A stretch of DNA of 64,000 bases from Clostridia bacterium (GTDB taxonomy: Bacteria > Bacillota > Clostridia > TANB77 > CAG-508), in NCBI GenBank assembly GCA_017458285.1, contig JAFTFU010000002.1, positions 92,171 to 156,170 on the forward strand, in the 5' to 3' direction. A program made the position numbers and the translations under genes. The notes below the pieces were generated by a model. It was not told the DNA's origin and ran no database searches. It saw nothing but the letters and a program-made list of their open reading frames with translations. Below are positions 56,420-64,000 of the stretch, in pieces; position 1 is the stretch's first letter; every line of letters begins with the position of its first letter.

Positions 56420-59377
56420 TTATTTCTCTTGTGAACTACTTAATTCCTTCCTTTTTAAATACGCACGTTTGTTTTGTTCTTTTCGCAATATTTTATTATG
56501 AACTTCATTACACTTATTGCATCTACAAGTTTGATTATCTTTATTCTTTATTTCAAACCAATCACCACAATCAATACATTGAATTACTTTTGTTATTTGT
56601 CTCTTGTGTTTTGATAAATTTTCATATAATACATTTCCATAGCAAGTCCATAATAAATCTTTATACTTACTGTCTTTTATACCATATAAATACTTAACAA
56701 GAATATCAGCAACTTCTCTATCTGAATATCCAAACTGCGATAATTCATTAGTAATGTCATTTATTATTGTCTGATATTTAGCCTTTTGACGTGTTTCAGT
56801 TTGCAATAAAGCATCTCTTGGTATAGTTTGCGAATCCATAGTATGTATTTTGCCAAAATATAATTTAGCTTTTTCAATATACTTTAATACAACAGGATTT
56901 GTACCTTCAATCAATCTACCATTATCTGCTTTGCATATTTGAAATTCAATATCAGGATTACTCATTAATAATTTATAATCAGGTTTAGGCAATTTTTTTG
57001 ATTTATGATTTTTAGTATATTTACAACTTATTCTCGGATTTGGTATTAAAGAATTAAGTTTATTGACAAAACTATTGTTTATAGATACTGTTTGTTCATC
57101 AGACTTATCTTTAGCATATTTAAAAAAATAGGGGAGAAGATTATTTGTAAAAGATGTTATTTGTTGTTTAACCTGTTGTGGGAACTCAGGTTTATAAAGT
57201 GTTTTTGCGTAATCCACAATGTAATTATTTTGACAACATAATCTTTTAATACAATCTATTGTTTGTTTTTTTTGCTCATCATTTCCATAAATAAAAACAT
57301 CATCATTCCATATTTTAGAAATGTTATTACTATAAATTCCTATATTACCACCTGTAAATGCAGTAATTAAACCATTATAAATATTCTCATCATTTATCAA
57401 AGATGGTTTTGCCTTTTTCATTTCATAATATAATGGCACAATATTAAATTTTCTTATATTTCGTTCAGCCACATCTATTATGGCTTTGTCTGATACTACA
57501 AGCGATTTATCTCCGTCAACATCGAACTGGAGAACTTTACTTATCATATCACTGCTACTTGTATATAAAGCATTAGTACAAAACCATTCTCTTATTTTCT
57601 CTTGTCTTTCGTTTTTATTACAAGCAATATTATTCCTAATACAATGTTCCATAAATAAATGCGGCGAACGTAAACAGTCTAACTTATCATTTAATCTAAA
57701 CAGCCAACAAAACACTTCACCATCTTTTAACAATCCTCGTGGTGTTTCTATTCCCATAAACCAATGTTCGCAGGCAGCATAAAAATCAGGAAGAATAAAA
57801 GTGTATTTACCTTTGACCTGTAATTTACCTGATTTATATTTTTTTATCAAACTATCCTTTATATCTTTTAATTTAATTCTGATATATACGTCATTAAGCA
57901 ATTCAGGATAAATCTCAATAGCCTTCTGAAATGAAGTCTTATATAGATTATAAGGTGTAACGCCAAATACATTTTTAATATTATCAACTGAGGAACAAAG
58001 ATTGTTTAATTTATCAATAGAAGATTTTGCGATTTGATATATTTCCTCATCTGTAATATCAGTTAAACTTTGAAGCATTTGATAATTGATAGTTGCATCT
58101 TTAATTCGTTCTTCTTCCGGATTGGTATAATTAGCAGAACAACGATATTGTTTAAAATATTCTTTGTACTGTTCCCAATTACAGTAATACGAATTAAACT
58201 TAAACTGACTTTTTGTAAATATAACTTGTATATCTTCTTTTATAATATCGTGTTCTACACCATATATATCTTTTATTATAGATGAACATTTATTGTCTTT
58301 TATAAATTTTACAAAATCAAACACTCCAAGAAGTCCTTTAACAAATGGCATCCTCGCCATCTTATTACATTGCTTAACACCAAAAGCATTTGGTAATATC
58401 ATTCCTGCACCGTCAGTATGTGTTATAGGTATATAGTCTTTTTTTCGTGTAATCGAAAAATCTGCATCATCTATAAAATCAAACTCACCATAAACATTGG
58501 TTTCAAAATCATCTATGACTATTGTTTTATCTATATCAAATTCTGTCCATTCATCTGTTGCACTATTGATTAAGGCAAGATAACTAAGATACTTATTAGA
58601 ATTGCAACCGCCTTGTCTATTTATCTCATCAACAGTCAAACCACACATTAAAGTTTTTTCATATTTCTTCCATACGCTTTCTTTGATAAATATACATTTT
58701 TTTGTTCTTATCTGTCCAGCTGAAGAAGTAAAGTAAATATATTTTTCACCTTTATATTTATAGCCATTAAATAGAATATCTCTTAATATATCAAAATAAT
58801 ATATTTGGATAACCATAAAATCATTAGTTAATTCATTTGGTTTAGCACCGATTGTTCTTGTAAAAGCTGATTCAAAGAAAGATATAATCTTCACATTTTT
58901 ATCATTTAGTTGTCTTATATGGTCTTTGCCTTTTGTTTTTATATTATAATCTGCTTTATTCTGTAAAAGTTTAAGCAGTTGATTTTTTATATCTTTAATC
59001 TTTTTTGTTTTTAATTCTACAATTCTTTTAAGTTTAACATATTGACCAGTTAATTCTAAAATTTCTTTTGCATTATCTTTATTATCATCATTAAAAGTCA
59101 TAAAAAAACTATTATCTGATTCTGCCTGTTTATAAACAGACAATAAATCTTTTTTAGACAGACCATATTCATATAATTGCCTTTCGATATTTTTAAGCCC
59201 TACATAAGTTCGTTTACCTTTACTATGAAAGTTTTTATATACCCCACCTTTAAGCAACTGTTTGCGTTCCATTCTAATCTGATGATTAAGTTTATGTAGA
59301 TACGCTTCGTGATTACTATAAAAATCACCTGTATCAGCAGCGTATATTTGAATTTGAGAATCAAGCAATATAATCAC
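56420..59377 (-). CDS. Candidate single-subunit two-barrel RNA polymerase (YonO / RdRP-like) with C-terminal zinc ribbon
   Basis: CLRSPHLF (compare beta-prime NRAPTLH) followed about 50 aa later by LQFDVDGDKSLVV, a DxDGD metal-binding signature. 985 aa. C-terminal CIDCGDW...CRCNKC. Confidence 0.45.
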   Translation of the reverse strand: MIILLDSQIQIYAADTGDFYSNHEAYLHKLNHQIRMERKQLLKGGVYKNFHSKGKRTYVGLKNIERQLYEYGLSKKDLLSVYKQAESDNSFFMTFNDDNKDNAKEILELTGQYVKLKRIVELKTKKIKDIKNQLLKLLQNKADYNIKTKGKDHIRQLNDKNVKIISFFESAFTRTIGAKPNELTNDFMVIQIYYFDILRDILFNGYKYKGEKYIYFTSSAGQIRTKKCIFIKESVWKKYEKTLMCGLTVDEINRQGGCNSNKYLSYLALINSATDEWTEFDIDKTIVIDDFETNVYGEFDFIDDADFSITRKKDYIPITHTDGAGMILPNAFGVKQCNKMARMPFVKGLLGVFDFVKFIKDNKCSSIIKDIYGVEHDIIKEDIQVIFTKSQFKFNSYYCNWEQYKEYFKQYRCSANYTNPEEERIKDATINYQMLQSLTDITDEEIYQIAKSSIDKLNNLCSSVDNIKNVFGVTPYNLYKTSFQKAIEIYPELLNDVYIRIKLKDIKDSLIKKYKSGKLQVKGKYTFILPDFYAACEHWFMGIETPRGLLKDGEVFCWLFRLNDKLDCLRSPHLFMEHCIRNNIACNKNERQEKIREWFCTNALYTSSSDMISKVLQFDVDGDKSLVVSDKAIIDVAERNIRKFNIVPLYYEMKKAKPSLINDENIYNGLITAFTGGNIGIYSNNISKIWNDDVFIYGNDEQKKQTIDCIKRLCCQNNYIVDYAKTLYKPEFPQQVKQQITSFTNNLLPYFFKYAKDKSDEQTVSINNSFVNKLNSLIPNPRISCKYTKNHKSKKLPKPDYKLLMSNPDIEFQICKADNGRLIEGTNPVVLKYIEKAKLYFGKIHTMDSQTIPRDALLQTETRQKAKYQTIINDITNELSQFGYSDREVADILVKYLYGIKDSKYKDLLWTCYGNVLYENLSKHKRQITKVIQCIDCGDWFEIKNKDNQTCRCNKCNEVHNKILRKEQNKRAYLKRKELSSSQEK

Positions 59378-60324
59378 CTACTTTTTGATATTCTATTATT
59401 TTGATTTTTAATTCTCTGTATTAATGTCGTAACACCACACATAGGATACCATGTTTTAATATAATCAATGCATTTATCATACTGCTTATTAGGCGTACAC
59501 TCTGTTCTGCTACTTAAAATTCCTTTTCTTTTCATTTCTTTGTATAATTCATTTTTAAATCCTATAATATACTTTAAATTATTCTTGTCTGAATAATCTA
59601 CAATATCTTGTAAGACATATAAAACTCTATTATGAATTGTATTTTTTATTACATCATGTTGAAATGTAGTTATTTCATCACAAGGATTAATTTGTCTAAA
59701 ATCATGTTCAACATCAACAATACTATTAAGATTTATATTATCTACTGTATTTTTCGCCCAATCAATTATTAGTTGTAAGCTATCAATATATTGTTGTTTA
59801 GTTTGTTTATCAAATAAATCTAACTCATTTGATAACAAATAATACTCACTTTGACGTTGTATGAAATCTTTACAGTTAATACAAAATTGTATAGCCTGTT
59901 TTTTAAATTTATTATGCCATTCCAATAAAATAGCATTATGAATAGGATTACTATAATCATTAAAATATTTCTTATCTCGTATTCTTATTAGTTCATTAAA
60001 TCTATTATCAATTTTACTGTCATATAAATTTCGACAAGACGACATATTCATCATAATCATATCTTCGATAATATCATCATCGTTATCATAAATTTTAACA
60101 TCTACCATAACAATATCTTTCCCTAATTCTTTGCAAGCTCTAACTCGCTGGTGTCCTGACACGATTACCTTATCCTGCGTGATAACAATAGGCTCGATAA
60201 CTCCACTTGTTTTGATTGACTCTAAAAACTCCTGCCATTTGTCACCCGACATATCATCAAAAAATTCTGAATTTCTTGGATGAGGTTTCAGCTCCTCAAT
60301 TTTCATTAACTGCATATTTTTCAC
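59374..60324 (-). CDS. ParB/Srx N-terminal domain protein
   Basis: IEELKPHPRNSEFFDD...GVIEPIVIT...VSGHQRVRACKELG. Confidence 0.7.
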   Translation of the reverse strand: MKNMQLMKIEELKPHPRNSEFFDDMSGDKWQEFLESIKTSGVIEPIVITQDKVIVSGHQRVRACKELGKDIVMVDVKIYDNDDDIIEDMIMMNMSSCRNLYDSKIDNRFNELIRIRDKKYFNDYSNPIHNAILLEWHNKFKKQAIQFCINCKDFIQRQSEYYLLSNELDLFDKQTKQQYIDSLQLIIDWAKNTVDNINLNSIVDVEHDFRQINPCDEITTFQHDVIKNTIHNRVLYVLQDIVDYSDKNNLKYIIGFKNELYKEMKRKGILSSRTECTPNKQYDKCIDYIKTWYPMCGVTTLIQRIKNQNNRISKSR

Positions 60325-60410
60325 CTTTCTTTATTACATTATTAAATTATACATATTTATTAGTTGGATAAAATTAAAATCAAATTTACTGTTTTTAATA
60401 TCAATAGTCA

Positions 60411-60701
60411 TCAATTATCTTCATATAAATCCTCGAAACATTCTTTATAGTAACTATAAAATTCTTTCGCATAATCCTCATAGTTATCACCATTGACTAT
60501 ATCATACACATTAGATTTATATTCTATTTCATCTAAGCCACTACACTCATCAATATTATCTATCATATCACAAAGACTTTGCTCTATTTGTTTTATATTT
60601 TCATTTTCCGCTTTCTGTTTTAACCTCAAAATATAATATCTATTTTGTTTTGAAACAGTAGGTTTTCTTCTAATTCTATATTTTGGTTTTTGATTTCCCA
60701 T
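60411..60701 (-). CDS. Small protein with basic N-terminus and strongly acidic C-terminal half
   Basis: ORF; aggtgg precedes ATG 60701. Confidence 0.45.
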   Translation of the reverse strand: MGNQKPKYRIRRKPTVSKQNRYYILRLKQKAENENIKQIEQSLCDMIDNIDECSGLDEIEYKSNVYDIVNGDNYEDYAKEFYSYYKECFEDLYEDN

Positions 60702-60738
60702 TTTAACCACCACCTTTCTATTTCATATAGTGCCAGAT

Positions 60739-61554
60739 TTATAATATATTGTGTTCCTCCAAATACTTAATCTTGTTTTCTACTTCTACTGAATAGTAAC
60801 CATCACCTTTCGCTTCTAAGTACACATCAGCACCTCTTTTTTTTCGTTTATAAGTATTGCAGAAAATATTAGTAGGCGTTCTGAATTTATATTCTTTTGT
60901 TTTTTTATCGTAATACTTAACAGGACTTCTTTCTCTAACATATGTCAAACCTAAGTCAACAAGAACGCTAACCGCTTTAGATACCGTTCTTTCTGACAGC
61001 CCTATATCATCTCCTATTGATTTATAATAAGCATTAAATGCTTCTGCGTTATCGCAATACTCATTATGCCTTATTGGTATATTGGCTCTTAGATAAAGGA
61101 ACACGAGAAGAACTATAGAACTGTCAAACCTGTTGTCATAAATATTATTGCTCCTATCCGATAAAATTATATTCAGCTCATCTAAATAGATAACAGCAAA
61201 TCTATTATTTAAACAGTAATTATGTATCTTATCTTTATCAAAATACAACTCTTTGCACTGCCTTTTTTTGATGTTGCCGTCATAAGATAAAAACCATTGA
61301 TATTTCATATAATCTAATAGTGGCAATATTTTTTCTGTATATGTATCATCCTTATGTGCCACACCTGTTTTTTTGCCTGCGTATTGTTTAAGATTTTCAG
61401 TATTGAATAACAGTGTATTATCTATACCTGTTTTTGAATATAAATATGAATATACCAGTCCTCTACGTTTATCTACTGTTTTTTCAATAATAATGTCATA
61501 GGGGATTAGAATATATTTACTTTGTTGTCCTGTTAATTTCTCTTTATCAATCAT
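60739..61554 (-). CDS. Winged-helix DNA-binding protein (replication initiator/organiser candidate)
   Basis: C-terminal HTH LSERTVSKAVSVLVDLGLTYVRE. It is the first gene of the leftward operon, next to the repeat-rich non-coding region. GGAGG precedes ATG 61554. Confidence 0.4.
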   Translation of the reverse strand: MIDKEKLTGQQSKYILIPYDIIIEKTVDKRRGLVYSYLYSKTGIDNTLLFNTENLKQYAGKKTGVAHKDDTYTEKILPLLDYMKYQWFLSYDGNIKKRQCKELYFDKDKIHNYCLNNRFAVIYLDELNIILSDRSNNIYDNRFDSSIVLLVFLYLRANIPIRHNEYCDNAEAFNAYYKSIGDDIGLSERTVSKAVSVLVDLGLTYVRERSPVKYYDKKTKEYKFRTPTNIFCNTYKRKKRGADVYLEAKGDGYYSVEVENKIKYLEEHNIL

Positions 61555-61972
61555 TATAAACCTCCAGTTAATTATTAAATATTTCAAAATCATATTACCC
61601 CCTAAAAATAAGGGGTGTTATTTTTAAAAATTAAGAAAATCTTGATTTACACCACCGTATTTTAGTAGGTAGTTCAACATTCTTCTACAAATAGATACAA
61701 TATAACAAATAGATAATTGTGGCTACGCCACTTTGTGAATGATATTTTACAAAAAATAAGAATAAATTTATATTGTTATTATATATCCGTATTAGTTAGG
61801 TAAATAAAAAATAATAATATTATTGTGATTGTTATTTTGTTATATAAATTTATTAGTTTAATTCTATTATAATATATTATTATATATTTGTCAAGAAAAT
61901 ATATAAAATTTTTATGAAATATTTTTATTCCCATATTTTAGTTTTTATGTTTAAATCTATATTCTTGTTTAA

Positions 61973-62038
61973 TCTATAGTTTTATTTAGTCCTATGGCTG
62001 ATCTGAGCAGCTATGCTGCTAACCATTAGAACTATAGA
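61973..62038. repeat. About 66-bp imperfect palindrome in an otherwise extremely AT-rich spacer
   Basis: Outer arms tctatagtt / aactataga (61973-61981 / 62030-62038). Central hairpin agcagc-tat-gctgct (62006-62020). Confidence 0.7.
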
Positions 62039-62740
62039 CTATAAATTTATAGTAAGAAGTATTCCTTGTTTCTTTTTTCTTTGTCGTTTACATTATTGAT
62101 ATTGTGTATGAATAAGGAATAGGGGATAAGATATGTATGAGTATAGATAAACTACTTTTTATTTTTTTATCGGTAATTATTATTAGAATTATTTTTTGAT
62201 TTTTTATTTTAGAAAAATATATTTATAAAATACATAAGTTTCAGGTAATTTATCGAAATAATTCTATTCAACGGATTTTTTTAATCGGTAAATCGTTAAT
62301 AATAGGTTGGTTTATTAGAAAATAGATTGCATAAAAATAAGGTTATTTAATGTATTGGTTTCCTGAGTTAGTTAGCTTATTTAAAATAATTTTATCGTTA
62401 TTTAATTGGTAATTTGGTATTTTAATTATTTGTTTTAAATTTTTAAATAATTTACTTTTGTTTATTATTTTGCCTATATTTGTCTTTGTTTTAAGGTCGT
62501 ATTTTCTTATAAGTTAAAGTTTATATTTTTATTTTTTTTATTTTAAATAATATATTACCGATGGATTTTCCGATAGCAAAAATATAGATTTGTGAAAATA
62601 TTTTTCGTATTTGCAATTTATTGACGTGTTATTTTGTAAATTTTTTACGAGTGATAGATGAAGCAGACTATGAAAAAAATGTGAATATAAAACGCTTTTT
62701 GTAGTGTAAAACACCCCCGATCATAGATGATTAAAATTGA

Positions 62741-62815
62741 ATATGATATTATTTGATTTTATCATATTCAACTCTATTTCAATTCTATGCTTGTTTAAAT
62801 TCTATGCTTGTTTAT
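62741..62815. repeat. 12-bp inverted repeat followed by a tandem 17-mer
   Basis: ttgaatatgata / tatcatattcaa, then aattctatgcttgttta repeated twice. Confidence 0.65.
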
Positions 62816-63063
62816 ATGATATGATATAATATGATATATCAATATGGTATTTATATATCGGTATACTATGTGTTACATAGTATTATATTTCACTATTTAT
62901 TCATTAACCTTCTTGAAGCTTCATACGTTCATAAAATGTTCATAATTTATTTAAAATTTATTCATGCAATCAGAGTAAAGCTATGGTATACTATAGTTAT
63001 AGCAAAAACAAAGCAGCCCTTCAAGCAGTCGAAAAAAAGTTTGAAAAAACTTTAAAAATCTAC

Positions 63064-63092
63064 TTGACAAATTGTTTTAATTATGCTATAAT
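63064..63092 (+). promoter_or_regulatory. Consensus promoter P1 of the rightward transcription unit
   Basis: TTGACA, a 17-nt spacer, then TATAAT, preceded by phased A-tracts (aaaaagtttgaaaaaactttaaaaa). Confidence 0.65.
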
Positions 63093-63312
63093 AGTTACAG
63101 TAAATAAAGCAAATGACATTTTGAAGGCGTCGACTGTATGACTAATATACAAATTTTGTGTAGTTAGTCAAAAGTTTAAAAGTTTAAAAGTCTACTATTA
63201 AGTTTTAAAATCTGAATGATACATTAAAGCAACAGATCTGACGACTGAAAACAATTAATTTAAAATCAGAAATTAAAACTTAAAAAAACTTAAAAAAACT
63301 TTTAAAAAATAC

Positions 63313-63342
63313 TTGACAAACTACAAAAAAATGATGTATAAT
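63313..63342 (+). promoter_or_regulatory. Consensus promoter P2, tandem to P1
   Basis: TTGACA, an 18-nt spacer, then TATAAT, preceded by aaaaacttaaaaaaacttaaaaaaactttt. It shares the GATGTATAAT box with the nrdD promoter. Confidence 0.65.
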
Positions 63343-63840
63343 ATAAGTACAGTAAAGCTGATTAAAGTTAGAAGCTTTATTCTACCCGACTCTAATGTGA
63401 GTCATTACCCAAACTAATTATTATATATAGTGAAATTAAAAAGTATTAAAAACTATATGTAATAACAACATGACTGTTGAAAAAAAGTCCGAGTCCATAG
63501 CAGCGTTATCGTTTTGGCGTATAGTCAGAGTATACGGCACATTGAAAATAAAACAAGATGTCCAGCGAGTAGGTTAAAACTCCGTGTCTGAAGACTCGGC
63601 ACATTGTATTGTGCATTATCGAGAAGGCTTAGTCAATCTCGCCGACCGAAATAGAATTAAATCCTTTTTCTTTATCTTTTCAACAAATGCAACTGTATAA
63701 TTGAGAGTGTTTTACACAAACGGTTATACAGTTGCACCAACACTAAAAACAGTACCTTGACGTGGTGTGTTGGCGTGATGCTCTAAAATTAGAGTGACTA
63801 AAACTGTACTATAATCATATTGAAAAGGTAAGTAATAGTT

Positions 63841-64000
63841 ATGAAAATTACAAAACGTACAATTAATCAAGAAATGCAAATGTCAATTTTCGATTTTGAG
63901 GGTTTTATTTCTGATGAAGTAATACTTCTTATGAGAATAATTAACAGATGCAAAGCACATAATGAAGCATTTGAAATGTCAAAAAGTGTAGAAAAAATCT
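63841..64000 (+). CDS. Hypothetical protein, 3'-truncated by the window end
   Basis: ATG 63841 follows aaaaggtaag. The frame is open to nt 64000. Confidence 0.5.
   Translation, partial: MKITKRTINQEMQMSIFDFEGFISDEVILLMRIINRCKAHNEAFEMSKSVEKI

Noticed and set aside
62831-63055. 74-aa ORF in the large non-coding region
   Set aside because: It has no SD. Its Tyr/Ile/Phe-rich translation is an AT-composition artefact, and it runs into the UP-element of promoter P1.
1-64000. Genome-wide stop-codon reassignment (TAG or TGA recoding)
   Set aside because: ORFs of 1919, 1410, 1035 and 985 aa and essentially all other genes are intact under the standard code. The only tRNA has a CAU anticodon, not a suppressor anticodon. 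Only the single TAG at 11618 looks suspicious.

Overview
The window is an AT-rich, densely coded tailed-phage genome with siphovirus-like architecture and no tail sheath gene. The host is probably a low-GC Firmicute or Clostridia, because the endolysin carries ChW-type wall-binding repeats. All functional calls come from motifs read by eye; no homology search was possible.

Layout:
- 2-13404 (+): DNA and nucleotide metabolism module. It holds a RecD-like helicase, NrdD/NrdG, dUTPase, an SNF2 helicase, four DNA methyltransferase-like genes, a divergent ThyX-fold protein and a guanylate-kinase-like dNMP kinase.
- 13552-15358 (+): lysogeny module. It has an Xis-like HTH gene, an intact attP and a tyrosine integrase. 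The attP has a tRNA 3'-end core flanked by 3+3 TGGTAACAA arm repeats, so the sequence represents the unintegrated or circular form.
- 61554 down to 15426 (-): one roughly 46-kb leftward gene train. In order it carries a winged-helix Rep-like protein, a ParB-like protein, a 985-aa protein with two-barrel RNA polymerase (YonO/RdRP-like) motifs, an HU-like protein and a tRNA(CAU) followed by a structured RNA segment. Then come a metallophosphoesterase, an AT-hook small-terminase candidate, TerL, portal, a lambda-like head module, tail genes, Dit, Tal, endolysin, tail fibres and holin-like genes.
- 61594-63840: about 2.2 kb without ORFs, with repeats, a palindrome and two tandem consensus promoters. 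These feed a long structured leader of a rightward gene that is cut by the window end.

Most interesting observations:
1. The tape-measure gene is split into two ORFs (1035 + 1919 aa) by an 0.86-kb insertion. The insertion holds an antisense zinc-ribbon gene with its own consensus promoter and terminator, plus a GNRA-hairpin-rich non-coding block. The downstream half has no ribosome-binding site, so this is an intron or recoding candidate.
2. A ThyX-fold protein without the RHR signature sits between two minimal C5-methyltransferase-like proteins. This is a possible pyrimidine or DNA modification pathway.
3. A YonO-like single-subunit RNA polymerase candidate heads the late gene train.
4. A zinc-ribbon ORF is interrupted by a single in-frame TAG.
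5. A second tyrosine recombinase and a RecU-like nuclease are embedded in the tail module.
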